From: Toensbergia leucococca
Lineage: Eukaryota
Direction of reading: 5' to 3'
NCBI GenBank assembly: GCA_022813965.1
Contig: JALDZS010000127.1
Coordinates: 1-64,000 of the forward strand
DNA length: 64,000 nucleotides
Shown here: in pieces, positions 12,445-25,623 of the stretch
How the letters are laid out: each line of letters starts with the position of its first letter
Position numbering within the stretch: the stretch's first letter is position 1
Position numbers and translations under genes: made by a program
Notes under the pieces: model-generated
What the model saw: only the letters and a program-made list of their open reading frames with translations
Databases searched by the model: none
Told to the model about the DNA's origin: nothing

Positions 12445-13239
12445 TTATTTAATGTCCTTGAAAATATCCTCAGCTCCTAGAAACTCCCCATTTGCACCCT
12501 GAAATCCAGTCCCCAACCTTTTGATTTCTGGCAATCGGGGCGGTGGACTCGGTGCTCTCTCGACCTTCTCCGCCTCCATAAGTGGTCGTCTGTTCTCCTT
12601 TTCTGGCTCAACAGCCTCATCGTCGCCCTCTAGTAAATCGAGCACATGATTGTTACCCGTGTCCATCACTCCCATCGATAGGCTACTCTTTCTCCTCGCC
12701 CAAAATGTCCCACTCTTCTTCTTGCCTAGACTTGGTCGCGGGCTGGATACTGTACTCGATCCACTAGGAGAGTCGGGACGGAGTGGCGAACTCGTAGATG
12801 CGAGGCTGTCGGAAGAGCGATTGTTGTACGATCGCTTGAGAGTTTTGAGAGAGAGAATGCTACGCAAGCTGGGCCGTCTAGTCTGGGTAGAGGATATTGT
12901 GGAAGCGCTGGAGAGGGGAGGCGGGCTGGAGCTCATGTAGTCATTTCGGGGAAGTCGACTTGGCGTCTCGGGTTGAGGGTAGGGAGAAGCCAATGGTGAA
13001 CTCGGGAAGGTACCGGGCATGGAGGACGTAGAGGCCGGGGAGATGATGTCGGAAGAGGTAGTACGGTAAGGACGGGATAGCTGTGGTGAAGTGGTGACCT
13101 TAAAATCATTTCCTGAGGGTGAAGATGACGGTGGAGGTGGCACGGAAGTGCCAGTGGTCAGAGAGTCGGAAAGTGATGCAGGAAGGCGCGGAAGTTGAAA
13201 AGGAGAGGAGGGCGTGCCATGTGGCGATTTCTTAGTCAT
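12445..13239 (-). CDS. Ser/Pro-rich, probably disordered hypothetical protein
   Basis: Intronless ORF from MTKKSPHG; basic KKKSGTFW..RKSS and SPPPRLPE segments. Confidence 0.7.
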   Translation of the reverse strand: MTKKSPHGTPSSPFQLPRLPASLSDSLTTGTSVPPPPSSSPSGNDFKVTTSPQLSRPYRTTSSDIISPASTSSMPGTFPSSPLASPYPQPETPSRLPRNDYMSSSPPPLSSASTISSTQTRRPSLRSILSLKTLKRSYNNRSSDSLASTSSPLRPDSPSGSSTVSSPRPSLGKKKSGTFWARRKSSLSMGVMDTGNNHVLDLLEGDDEAVEPEKENRRPLMEAEKVERAPSPPPRLPEIKRLGTGFQGANGEFLGAEDIFKDIK

Positions 13240-13838
13240 TGTAGAAGAGTGGTAGCCAATGAGGTGGAAGCCGAGAAGCAAAGCGATGTCTCATGGAGAC
13301 AAAGATTGATGAAGAGGTTCAAATTGAGTTTGCTTGTTCCCTAGGAGGTACGAGTAGCCATTCAACACCACATGAGGAAGCATGTTCGCCATGCACGTGT
13401 AGGGTAAGGGTAAGGGTAACCTATTCAGGAGCCTAGGGACGCGCCACTCACGCCATTCATTTACTCGTAGAATATCGACCAAACGCCTAGATTTTCTCTA
13501 CAATGATCAAATCTCTGCTCGTCACGTTTGAATTGACTCTTCTAGTGAGACTAATGCATGGCATCAAGAGGTGACGAAATACCCAGTCTCTTTTCTTCAT
13601 CATTTTACAGCTCTCTACCCGTCTGACCGTCAATGATACCCCGTCACGGCAAGAGAGTAGGACGTTCAATGTACATATTTGTACTAATTTGTATGATACT
13701 CTTGATACCTATTGTCCAATCGGCCGTTCACGCTTTCATTATCAACAAGGTGCTGCAACCCCAACAGAGGACATACACATTAAAGCACCAATCTATCCGG
13801 GTATACTGATGCCTTCCCCAACAGCGCCCCCCCGTTCC

Positions 13839-16296
13839 TCAATTGACCTTCCCACACGACTCGCAGCAATCACCATCTTTCGGCCGTCCACTCAACGTGT
13901 TTACCACTTCCTTGAGATCCAGCCAAAACTCATTTTTTGGTCGACGATCTTTCCAATCCGTTTCCTCTTTCTCCAGCTGCGCCATCCCGCCAAATACCAC
14001 GCTCGCGCCTTTGATGCCTATGACTGCTGCACTCATTTTGTCCTGCATGATCTCTTCCTTTGACTTTCCACCGAAGCCTTCGAGAAACTGCACGCATTTG
14101 ACTGCTAACCTTACAGCTCGGACACGATCCATAGGCGAGGGCGAACCACCTTGTTGGACGTGGCCCGGCACTGCAAAGCGAGACTCGAAGCGTCCTTTTG
14201 CTTCTTCACGGATCATGTTTGCAATGATCTCCGTACTGTACGTCTTCGAGGCGTGTTCGTTTCTGAGAATGAGCTTGCCCGAGCGGCTTTGGCCTTGGTC
14301 TTTGGCAAAGCTACTACGAAGATGCTCAATATCTCTTGCTAGCATTTTGATGGTGATGCCCTCTTCGGGCGTATAAACGGCCACGGCGCCGATTGAAAGA
14401 CCCGCAATGGTAGCTATGTATCCCGATCTTCCTCCTTGAGTTTCGACCACGAACACTCGACGTCGAGAGGCTGATGCAGACTGTCGAAGCGAGTCGCAGA
14501 CACCAACTAGAGCATTGAGACAAGTGTCGCTGCCAATTGAATATTCGGTACCGGGAACGTTGTTGCTTATCGTGGCGGGTAGTAGTGTCATAGGTATTCG
14601 GAAGGCTGGGAAATCTTGTCTGGCCTTCCTTAGTTCGCTGAGTGCTGTGAATGCTTCAAATCCTCCAATAAGAAACAAAGCGTCAAATTTATACAACTCA
14701 AAACATTCAGCAGTCTTCTCGATATCTTCTGATGGTAAACCTCGATTAGTTCCAATCTCTGATCCACCTTTGCTTATCCATCCCTCAACTTCAAGCCACG
14801 TCACCTCACGTACCGATCCCGCTGGCTTGTCGTCGTGGTGGCGGCATAGACCAGGAAATCCGTTGTGTATTGCGATCGGAGTGTGACCTCTTGACAAGCA
14901 ATACGCCACTGCCGCTCGAGTAGCCGAGTTCATACCACCGGCCGGGGCACCGACATGAACAATGGCAACTCGCATGTGCTGTGGCTGTGTTAATACGACA
15001 CTTTTCACCAACACTATGACAACGGAGAAGATACCTTATCTACAGGAAGCCGAAGTTCAGGCTGATCGGTAGCTGTTGTTGTCATGTAGGCATTGTAGTA
15101 CTCGCAGAACTCGGCATCTCGAAGGCCCATAGCACGGTTGAAATCCTTTGATTCAATAGCTTTGGCGACCTCTTGTGTGGCTCTCACTGCCTCCATCAAA
15201 GGCTTCCGAACAATCTTATTCTCGATAATAGAAATGATTGGTGATGGAGTTTCCGGGGTGGCGTCCAAGACAGCCTCAACTGCTTCTACACCTTGTAGAG
15301 TCGACAGCATGCGATCATACGCACATGCATTTCCGCCTCTTTGTACATGTCCAAGGGTTGTGATCCGAGTATCGAGCCCAAGCGTGTTTGATAAGAGGTC
15401 TTTGACTTGCGTAGGGGAAATCTTATTCAATTGACGATCCTGTGCCCCTTCTGCCACTATAACGATGGTTTTTCGCTTCCCGAGTTTGCGGTGCTAAAGA
15501 GGAATCAGATCCAATAGACATTTCTCATAGAGGAGAAGTTGGACTTTACCTTTGCAATAATATTACACATCAATTTTTCCCAATTTTCGGAAGGTGGATT
15601 CTCAGGAATGAATACAAAATCTGCTCCACAGCTGACTCCTGCCATGAGTGCAAGCCAGCCACAATGTCTTCCCATGACTTCAACTACAAAGGCTCGTTGA
15701 TGTGAAAATGCGGTGGCATCGATGTAGTCGACAGCCTCGCAGATTCTTCCAAGCGACGAGTAACAGCCAATAGTAGCGTCGGTGGAAGACATATCATTGT
15801 CAATTGATCCTACAAGGCCAACAATATTCAAATGAGCAAACGGTGCGACCTGCTCGGTCGTGAGATCTCCCTTTTCTACAAGTTCTTTCAGCAAGCCAGG
15901 CCAATCCCTTCGGAAGATATCAGCGCCAGTCAAGCTTCCATCTCCGCCGCAGATGACCAAGGCATCGATACCATTCATGATCATGTTCTTGGCAGCTTGT
16001 AAGCGGCCAGGTCGCTCGGTGAAAGCTTTACAGCGAGCAGTGCCGATGAGGGTTCCTCCTTCGGATAGCCATCCTCTCACGTCTTCCCATCCCATTTGTT
16101 TTATTTTATCCCCGCCTTGCACCAGACCTTCGTAACCCTCGTAGATACCGTATGCCTCGCAGCCTTTAGCAATAGACATTCTCACAACGGCGCGAACTAC
16201 TCCATTCATGCCCGGAGCATCGCCCCCACTAGTCATTACGCCGATACGACGTTTCTTGTCTGGGAGAGGCGCTGGGGTTCCATTGACAGGCGCCAT
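13839..16296 (-). CDS. pfkA: ATP-dependent 6-phosphofructokinase
   Basis: [36 protein letters not shown] in the N-half; [24 protein letters not shown] in the C-half; introns 15494-15549 and 14979-15034. Confidence 0.97.
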
Positions 16297-17297
16297 ATCG
16301 ACAGGAGAATTTCGAGGTAAGGGGAAGTGTCTAGGAAAAGAGATAGGTATAAAGGTATGAGAGAGGTGAAGTAAGGACAAACAAGAGTCGCTCTCACGTG
16401 GTGGAGAAGAAAGACGGATGGGACGTTGAAATAGCGAACGGGAATCCTCCATTCTTAACTCCGACCTCGGCTATCTTAATCTTATCTTAGCGTCACGCTA
16501 GCAATCGCGAGATTGTGTACCTAGGTAGGTAGGTAGACAGTCACGTACAATATTATTTGGCATGTAAGATACTATGCACATGATGTATGACTGACTCACA
16601 AGGGACGGTTCTAGATCATAATTATGTGAGTGTGAGACTTCTGATTTATAAGGTACTAACAGGTAAATACTGATTTCATTCTCCCTTTCTTCAATCACTA
16701 TCTAATTTATGAAGTATTCAGTCTTTCAACAGTCTTTGATCTTTTGAAAAGAATCTCAGAGAGAGCTATTAAGATGTTGCTCACGAGGAGGCGATGAAGG
16801 CAATGGCTGATGAAGAGAAAGGAGTTGTTGATCGCCTTCCTAAAATTTTCAGTACACTACCGTCCGTCGACTCGAAATGTGGTCCCATGAACAGCAGCGG
16901 TGTCTGGAAATGAGGATGTTTAGTCAAATCGGAACGCTTGAGTAATTTCACGGTCACAGGACGCAGAACCCGTGATCATGGAGTGCGGTCGGGCACGGCA
17001 ATAATGTTGGCAGACCAAGTACCACTTATTGCATGCGCTAATAGTTCCGGGTCTCTCTTCCCTCCCCATAGCCATCTTGAGAGCATTGAAGCTAGGGCCA
17101 AAGACTTCGGCTGGCGTTACTGACCCCTGCAGTAATTGAGGAGGATTTGATATGTAGAGTGAGAGGGGTGTTGGTAGAAAGGCCCTACAGCAAGCACACA
17201 TGTATTTATATCGAGGGTATGTATCAAATAGCAATGATGCTCCGCTCAAATGAAAGCCCTTTCCTCTGACAGTTCTCCGTTGTGTACTGCTGCCTTG

Positions 17298-17990
17298 TTA
17301 GATTATGAGTTTATTGCTAGCTAGTCGTTCCTCAATGACTGCGACAATGTCATGCCAATCGCACATTGCTCCCTGTCCGATGTCACCACATACTAATTCT
17401 TTTACCTGTGGCGATAAAACCTCAAACCAGTCCCATTCCTCGGCAAGTATCGCTACTTGCTTCGCCGTGATAGGGTTGTTCCACATCATCTCGTTCATCG
17501 CTGGCGCCGCAATAATGGTACGCTTGACGTCCCAAGCGCGAATTACATTGGTAAGGAGGTCGTCGCAGAGACCCCCTGTAGCCTTTGCCAAAAGATTTGC
17601 AGACATCGGGACAATGGCAAGGAGGTGAGCCCAACGTCGGAGCTCAATATGTAGTATCTTCGACTGCCTTGTCCACGGATCGATCCACTCGTCGTCGTCG
17701 ATATAAACGGCATCCACGTTCGGGAGTAAGGCCAAGGAGGAAATAGTAGGCTGCTCAGGAGACTGACCAGCAAGAAAGTTAGTTGCCGCTTTGGTGATGA
17801 TGACTCGAATGGAGAGCCTCCAGTGCTTTTCAAAGGAGGAAATAATCAGGGGTAGTTTGATAGTGGCAACAGAGCCGCTGGCGGCTAAAAGCAGATGCTT
17901 TTTTCTGTCATTGATTGCGTCTGAAACGACTGCTGCTGGAGCTCGATATGTGTGTTGAATTTCTGCTTCGTGTCTGGTTGCCATGGTCAT
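17298..17990 (-). CDS. Phosphopantothenoylcysteine decarboxylase (HFCD flavoprotein, Hal3/Cab3 family)
   Basis: SGSVATIK, LHIELRRWA (catalytic His), PMSANLLAK, APAMN, LVCGDIGQGAM (catalytic Cys loop); intronless. Confidence 0.9.
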   Translation of the reverse strand: MTMATRHEAEIQHTYRAPAAVVSDAINDRKKHLLLAASGSVATIKLPLIISSFEKHWRLSIRVIITKAATNFLAGQSPEQPTISSLALLPNVDAVYIDDDEWIDPWTRQSKILHIELRRWAHLLAIVPMSANLLAKATGGLCDDLLTNVIRAWDVKRTIIAAPAMNEMMWNNPITAKQVAILAEEWDWFEVLSPQVKELVCGDIGQGAMCDWHDIVAVIEERLASNKLII

Positions 17991-18316
17991 CTCGACTAAG
18001 GTATTTAGACATGAGGTGAAGCTTTTACTAATTACAACCTCGGGACCCCGTATTCTATTTTAGTGCGGTCGAGTCCGGGGTTTTCTTGGCAACAGCTCGG
18101 CCACTCAGCCTTGGTCAAAATCCCACTAAGGTAAGGTATCCGTCCTCCGTAAAGTAAGGTATTACGCAGCAAGCTTGGAACATTACGTAATCGGTACGCG
18201 ATAATACCATCAGACTGAAAAACGTATTCAACTGAAAGTCCAGCCCTTGCTTCAACCTCGTCTCTCTCACGACTTCTCTCATGTCAGCTATTAACATGAC
18301 TACCTCCATCTCAAAT

Positions 18317-20297
18317 ATGGCACAACCGCTCTCAATCTCTTTGAGAGCTTTGCCTTCCAAAGATTCTAATACTGAGTCAATTTCCAACCTCATCAATCGC
18401 ATCAATGAGCAACGGGGCTCATTTCGCAACTTCACCGAGGACACTCTCGAACAGGAAATCCAAGCTCTCGAAGCTTGCGAGCCCGAGTCGGAAGCGATAG
18501 AAGTAGAACCTGATGGAGGCGAACACGTCAAGTCTCGCAGGGAAGAGGTTGTTACGGCGAGGGAAGAGATGATGAAGCAGGTCGCGTGAGTATACCCTTG
18601 CCTTCAAGACACTGTAGAGTAGTGATGCTAATCATTGGTCTAGGCTCGCTCAAACAGAGAGTGCATACGCCCTGGACTTTGTGTCCCTTCTACTCTCGAA
18701 GCATAGCCCTGCACCCGCCGACTCAACAATGTCTCCATATTTGAAGCAGAATGCACCAACCGGCTCTCTGGGAGCTGAGGTCAACGGATTGCCAAAGGTC
18801 TCAGATGCACAACAGGCCGATCAGGAGAAAGTGTCTATAGGTTGGAAAATGCAATCTCTAAATGCTACGGCGGATTCTTTATTGAAATCAGCCACGAGAT
18901 TAGAGGAGGAAGTGGAGCGGGAGACGAGATATTGGGAACAGGTCCTTGCAGTGAAAGAACAAGGATGGTCTCTGTGTCGGCTACCGCGTGAGAGATATAC
19001 TATGGGCGTTCGTTATGGCTTTGCTGAAGGTATGCTCATATCCTTCATTGCATTAGATCTAGGGCTGACAGCTTTGAAAGCGGCTTCTGAATTTCGTGAC
19101 CGAGGTCTGGCTGCGCTGCGTCGCGATGAAGATGGAAACATTCACTTTGATCGTGGTGTTGAGTCGATAAATCGAACTTTGCGTGTACGAATCCAGCAAC
19201 ATAATAAGGAGATAATTTCCAGAACGCAAGCAACCAGTCGAATCGCCAACGAAGTTCCTGTGGAAACGGAGATTCTAGAGGCACGAAACAGTATATTTGA
19301 CGAGGAACTTCACCATGAGCTCCATCGGGAAGCACGCACCTTAGCTAGCCACGGCGTGCGCTGTATTGGTGATACCATCAAAATCCCTTATGAAGCTGAT
19401 AAGCAAATTTTGATCGATCTTACATCTTTTGATGACGACGATCTAGATATGCCTCAATTGGATGAAGTCACGCAGAAGTTGAAGCCTGATCAGACTCCCG
19501 ACTGGATTGTGCTCTGTCTCCGGCTCCTCCTTACTCATACTCACCGCCAAACCCTACGTCGCCGCTGCCAGCCTCCACCTCCAATCTCCGAAAAACCACC
19601 TGTAAAACCCACTTACATCCTCCTTCGACCTATACTTGCTCACATAAGGCACCGTGATGCGTTGCAATCCACCCAAGAATTCCTACGCAAACTATCCCAA
19701 CCCCTCTCTTCTGCATCTCTCCAATTCACTTCATCAACATCTCCTACTCTCCTTCCTACCCCTCCCTCGACCGCCAGAAGACAGCCCACAAAATCAACCC
19801 TTACCACGGCCTTCACACTCCCCCTTACTACAACCCTAACTACTACTCTCCCATCTAAAACTGCGACCCTCAGCCTTGAAATAACAACCCCGCTCTCTAC
19901 AACCTACACCGCCACCCTCACTCCAGTCATTCCAACGACAAACACCCCCGAACCAATATCCGTCACCTCCTTCCCCTCACTCAAACCCCACATCCTCCAC
20001 CTCCTCTCCTCGGATCTCATCTCTCTCATCATTTCTACGCCATCTCCCCACCCAAAAATCGGCAGCTGGAAAGCCTCAGATCCGTACAAGGGGGAGCTGA
20101 CGCGACGGAATGGTCGCACGAGACAAATCGACAAGCTCTGCGTACAGGTTGATGAGACGGAGCTGGTGGCAACTTGGCAGGGAGGTGCTGTTGGGTTTGA
20201 TGGATTGAGGACGGCTTCTTGGGGGCTTGAGGGTGGGCAGGTGGAGAGGGGTTTGCTGGAGTGGTTGGAGGATGTGGGGAGTGATGTTATGCAGTAG
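18317..20297 (+). CDS. MED17: Mediator subunit Med17/Srb4
   Basis: RINEQRGSFRNFTE, ALDFVSLLLS, ETRYWEQVL, GVRYGFAE, ARNSIFDEEL motifs; introns 18586-18643 and about 19030-19080. Confidence 0.88.
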
Positions 20298-21135
20298 GTT
20301 ATCTTTTTGCCATTTCATTTACCTTGTGATATGCATGTCCTCCCTGTTTGAGATGAAAGTCCCCTTAGCAATGGGAGATTGTGGATTTCATTTTCATCAA
20401 GATGTTTTTTTGGGGTGGTGCGGGGGCTAATGTTATGGCTAGGTTCGCAGTCACGAGGACAGATCGCCCACGCTTCAGATCAGCTTAATTTCCGTGCCCT
20501 TTGACAAAAAGGTGGCTGTGACTTTTCTTTTCCCTTGGGAGCCTAAAGGAGTGATTGAATGAAAGATGACTGAACTGTAATGCTGTGTGAGAGGTGTTGT
20601 CTTTCAAAAAAAAAATGGTAATCCCGCTCTGAAAATTCCCGGTTCAACTCTGCGGAGAGAAGAAAAAGACTGGGGAAATCTTTTATAAATAGTGAAAGCT
20701 TTCTAAAAGTTGGAGGAAGAACAACTCAAACATTTAGTATAGAGATTTTCCTCTCAGCGGTTGTAGGAGATGCTGCAGAGGAGCGACGCCTAGCAAAGAC
20801 GCCATTACAAGAGATGTCATACAGAGAGGATTGGAAAAGAAAGGATATCAAACATGTATCTGGTGTCTTTTGGGCGACTACAGATGTTCGGATTGGGAGG
20901 AGGGGATTTGATATCCCGCAAGAGAACTGATCTATGTTAGTCCGAGTCTAGATATGGCATTGTAAAACTAAGGTAGATACAATAAATACAATGAATACAA
21001 TGAACCGTATTCTATTACTTGGTAGAGTAAGGTAGTCTGTATGCTTCCATCTTGGTTTCTCCGGTTCATTCTCACGTGTCCCTCACATCCATTCTCATCA
21101 GGGTTCCTAATACTCGTACCATTACAATCAATGCT

Positions 21136-22184
21136 ATGGGCATGTTATCTACTACTACTTCTCCTTCCTCGATCGACTGTACACGCTGGACTATTCTCCA
21201 CCGCCATCCCAAAGCCAGCTACACTATAGTCATGTCCGTATTGAAACCCTTGGTTGATTTCTATCTACTCACCTTAAGATCCAGCCTACTCCATTTGCTG
21301 CTCTTTCTCTCTTACTTTCCTCAATACTACCGTATCATACACCGTCGCTCCAGCTACGGCATTTCTCGCACATTCGTTATTCTTGGCCTTCTGTCAAGCA
21401 TTGGTGCATCTCTCACCGCCTGGATTCGTTTCCCACCTGATTTTGTCTATACTTGCTGTACAACCGGATACTTGACCCATTCTGTGTGCAGCATATTCAG
21501 AAATGTGTACGGTGTACAAGCATTAGTACAATGCTTTAGTTTTGTAGTACTGTAAGCATCCTAGCTAATCCTAGCTAATCCTTCGCGCTGTCGATCAGCA
21601 TGTTCTCTAATTCGCTTTATTTCAGAGCGTTCTTGTACTTCATCTTTCGTCCGCTGCGGCTTATACCTTCTCGCCTTGAAGCTCCTGTGTCAGATCCCGT
21701 CCCTTCACCTTCCAACGCCCAGATACTTGTCACAATAGGTTCCCTTCTCATCATCGTTCCGATTGTCATCGTTGGCCTACCTTTGTGGACTGGTAACGAT
21801 TCATGGGGACTGGCCATCTTTGCAGTATTGATATTTTATATAATGTCTTACGGTTCTGTGGCTCTCTCAATATTGCAATATATTCCGCAAGCCGCACACA
21901 CGCACGAACTAAAGCAACTGGAAAGCTTTAGTCTATTGATGTTGAAGATGCAGGTCTTGCTCAGTTTTTTGACCGCTGGGGTACTATTTGTGTTGTTCGG
22001 TGGTTCAAGTATCCACCTTGGGGAGCAGGAATTTCTTAGAGGCTGTGCCCAGGCTATATTGCTTGTGATTTGTATTCGTTGTAAAGCACCGCAGAATCAG
22101 CACACACAAGAGGCCCACAGCAATGAAGACGAGGTGGTGGACGAGGAGACAGAACTGCTGAGAGATGACACGAGAGATGCTTGA
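21136..22184 (+). CDS. PQ-loop repeat membrane protein
   Basis: Two PQ motifs (SYFPQYYRI..RRSSYGIS; LQYIPQ...FS), several TM segments, intron about 21552-21625, acidic dileucine tail (DEETELL); start uncertain. Confidence 0.8.
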
Positions 22185-22919
22185 GACATTATCGACGCTG
22201 AACCCAAGGCTATGAATATTTCAGCACTCGTCCTACAGAAATCTTCCGTCGTTGTTCAGTATCATTTCTCGTGGGCTCTTGGATATTTAGTGACATCAGT
22301 GGCAGAGGTCTTTCCCATGACATGAGTCTTTTACTTTACAAAAGAAGAAGACAGTCGTTGAGATCAAAGGAACAGACCGTGTCCCTAGTCTCAAGATAAT
22401 TGGTCTTCATGGAGTCAAATTTGTCGCGCAAAGGCAAGTACTTCGCGTTTGGATGACTGAGTTTGTTTAACCTTGGCTAGCAGTGGGATCTTCATAGTGC
22501 AGATGTATCTACAGGTATCGAAGAGAAGAAGCTCGGCCTCCATGTGATACTCCCTAAGTTCAACTTAGGGCAGAACTTTGGCCATGAGTCTGTCACGACA
22601 TTAATAGCGCTATGGATCAACTCTGTGAGACAATGTCGCCCCTCTCGCTCCTTCGGCCGCGAGGATCTCCATCCTCAAGGATCCAAAGTCCGATAAAATC
22701 CGCTACTTGGCCACGGTTATCCGTACTCCGCACCTTCTCATGAGGAAGCATTCAAGGTGTGGAATACGGATAGATCGAGGCAATCCTATTGTTCCATTCT
22801 CTGCTCGGGCTCTTCGACATTGCGAGCATTGGATAGAATTGGATATATAAGGGCGGTGCCTACCTCTAGGCTGATTTCGATATCTTGCAATTGTTGAATT
22901 CCGTACTCTTCTATCCACA

Positions 22920-23972
22920 ATGACTTCAGCTGAGAAACTTTGTCTTTTCAACGTATCCACCACCACTTACAAGGCAGTCAACAAGCATGCAATCACTCTC
23001 GATGTTCTTGTCCCAAAAGAGCTTCCGCCAGGAGACCATCCTGTTCTCGTCACATTCCATGGTGGATTCTTAGTTCGTGAGGACCCTGGTACTTTGAGAC
23101 AACGGATTCTAACAAAGAGATTGGATCACCGGGTCAAGCTTATCTCTGAGTAGAGCGTGGGTATTGGACTACGCCCTAGCAAATTTAGCTATCATCGTTT
23201 CGCCAAATTATCGCCTGCTCCCGGAATCGACAGGTTTGGATATTCTAGAAGACCTCTCAGACTTCTGGAGATGGGTGTACAATGAACTTCAGTCTTTCGT
23301 ATCAAGTAGCGCGATAGGCCAAGTGGAAGTGGACATAGCTAAGATTGCGGTACATGGAGGTAGTGCTGGTAATTCTTGAACTTCCCGCAACAGCAGTGCA
23401 GAGTCAGATAATAATTACAAATCATTAACCTCAGGAGGCTATCTCGCAATTCAGATCGCCCTTACCCAACCCTCTCACATGATCAAAGCCGTCATTTCAG
23501 GCTATCCAACGCTCGACTTCCAATCTCCATGGTTCAATCAAGCCTTTATGAAACCCATGTACGGCCGTCCTACCGTTCCCATTTCCATCTTGGAATCTCA
23601 CCTCGCCGCCATGAGTCCCAACGACATAGTTTCCTCGGCAGATCTTCCCGCGCGAGTCCCTATCATGATGGCGACCGTGCAACATGGCAAGTATACAGAA
23701 ATTCTGGGAACTGACGACTCACTCTTCCCCATGAAGGCGATTGAGTCTGCCAAAGAATTCCCGCCGCTCTTTTATATCATGGGTAGGAGGACTCGGCGGT
23801 CCCGGTGGATGGGACGCTGAAGTTCGTGGAAAAGGTTCGCCAGGCGCTACCAGAGGCGACTTTGCTGATAAGGATCGAGAGCGGTGATCATGGATTTGAT
23901 GCAGGCGCTACGTTGGAAACCCTATGGTTAAAAGAGGGATTAGAATTCGTGACGAATGCTTGGCTTAGTTGA
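22920..23972 (+). pseudogene. Disrupted alpha/beta hydrolase (HSL-like esterase)
   Basis: FHGGF, GSAGGY, D-S-A-V-P and GDHGFD motifs present; 1-nt frameshift and an in-frame TAG near 23770-23786; the expected intron-1 acceptor reads GG. Confidence 0.8.
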
Positions 23973-24168
23973 CAGATTGCTTATGAAGTGCATCGATTTC
24001 AAGGGCCTATATCGTCGTGGACAGACAGCATTGGGCTTGTCCTACTAATGTCCAATAAACTCACTCTAACACAACTTTCTTCTCCTCTTTGTTATGTAAA
24101 GAAATGTACATCACAACTCAACTACAACCCTTTTTGAATATCCTCACTTCGTCTCTTTTCTTATGTAT

Positions 24169-24756
24169 AGGGTTCCATTATTCCGACACCCCCATTTCGA
24201 TAATCCCACACCCCCATTTCGATATTCCGACACCCCCCCCTCCATACCACTACCCAATCAGGCAATGATTAGGTCTGAGTCATCACCGGGCGCAATGTCA
24301 GATAAGTATTGAGATATCGCGATTTTGCATCATAATTCAGGATTGCGCTCGGGCGGAGAACTTAGTGAAAATGGGTGTGAAATCATGATGATTCCCTTTG
24401 TGTTACTACTTCTAAATGACACATAATTGAGAGGAAAGATGACATGCAATGAAGGCAGAGAATTACGTTGAATTGTGATTCAAGATCGTGATGTTTCTTT
24501 AGCTGACATTGTGTTCATGTGTAAGTGCGCCTGAGTGAGGGTGAAAATTAAGTCAAATTGTGATACAAATTTGTGACAATTTCTCAGATCATCCTGCTTC
24601 TGAATGACACACAGTTGAGGATGTAGATGGCATGTAAAAGAGATTGAGAGTTGAGGCAGAATGTGGTGCGAAATCATGATAATTCTCCATGCGCTCAGGG
24701 GTACTATTGCCTGATTGGGTAGTGATATGGGGGGGGTGTCGGAATAATGAAACCCT
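24169..24756. mobile_element. MITE-like non-autonomous DNA transposon, 588 bp
   Basis: TIR agggtt(c/t)cattattccgacaccccc...actacccaatcaggcaat at both ends in inverted orientation; TA-rich flanks; tandem sub-repeats in the left TIR; no ORF. Confidence 0.88.
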
Positions 24757-25623
24757 TAATATAACATTATTTAGCCGAGCCGTAGTAACCTAAAAGCCAA
24801 TTGAGGATCCCCCGAGTCCTGTCTTAAATTGTCTTCCTTCGTGTACTTCTAGTGGCTTTATTTGCGAGTGCGACCTTAGCATTTACTACTCGATCCCCAT
24901 GCACTTGAAGATGAGGAAAACAGCCTCCGCGCTTCCCCCCCCACCGTGGCATCTGCTACCGTGGGGCAAGACGAATGTACCAAATCAAGTACCTCGGAGA
25001 GCGAGCAAGAGGAAAAGAGGAAAAGTGGCTTGTCTAATGAGGAGTGTCAGAGAATTGACTATGCGAGATCGTCAGACGTAAGAGATCTTGCACATGCGTG
25101 GACTCGGGTTGAAGCTCCTTGGCAACGCTACAGCTAAGGAACATGCAGACCCCGAGTCGTTTGTTCCGTCAGGCTAACTCGGGACTCCAACGTCAAGAAG
25201 TCTAGGACTCAGAGCCCAAGTGCATTAGCACCTCGATACCTTCTCTCAGCCGATTGTCAGTCGTCAAGATATGGATGCTAGTCCACCATGCCAAGATTGT
25301 CATTTCTCAAGATAAGATGGATAGTGCAACATGTCCGCCGCTAGCCAACGACCTGATTTCTCATGTAGAGCAAACGGCCGCTTCCATCAACGCCATGACG
25401 AAGAAAGCATTCAAAAAGCAGCGCTTCGGAGCAGACCGTCCGAGGCCCCACTCGTGGAGGATACTGTCAATCACACCATGGAAAACAGCGTCTGTAGAGT
25501 AGACTATATCGGAGCCACTTCCTAAATGCCATTGTTATCGAGCCGAGAATCATCACGAACATATAAGGTCGAGCTTCCAAAGCTAAACTTTCAGCAAATT
25601 AACATCATCTAAATCAAGCAATC

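Noticed and set aside
13839..13875. PFK C-terminal CCESC as a metal/redox site
   Set aside because: Too short to support without conservation data.
16920..17249. 109-aa minus-strand ORF between pfkA and PPCDC
   Set aside because: Non-ATG start and no recognisable motif.
17298..17990. EpiD/LanD-type peptide decarboxylase of a RiPP pathway
   Set aside because: Motifs fit an ordinary PPC decarboxylase with both His and Cys; neighbours are housekeeping genes and no precursor peptide is evident.
24899..25525. Overlapping short ORFs upstream of the bicupin
   Set aside because: No coherent frame, splice pattern or domain; treated as promoter/intergenic.
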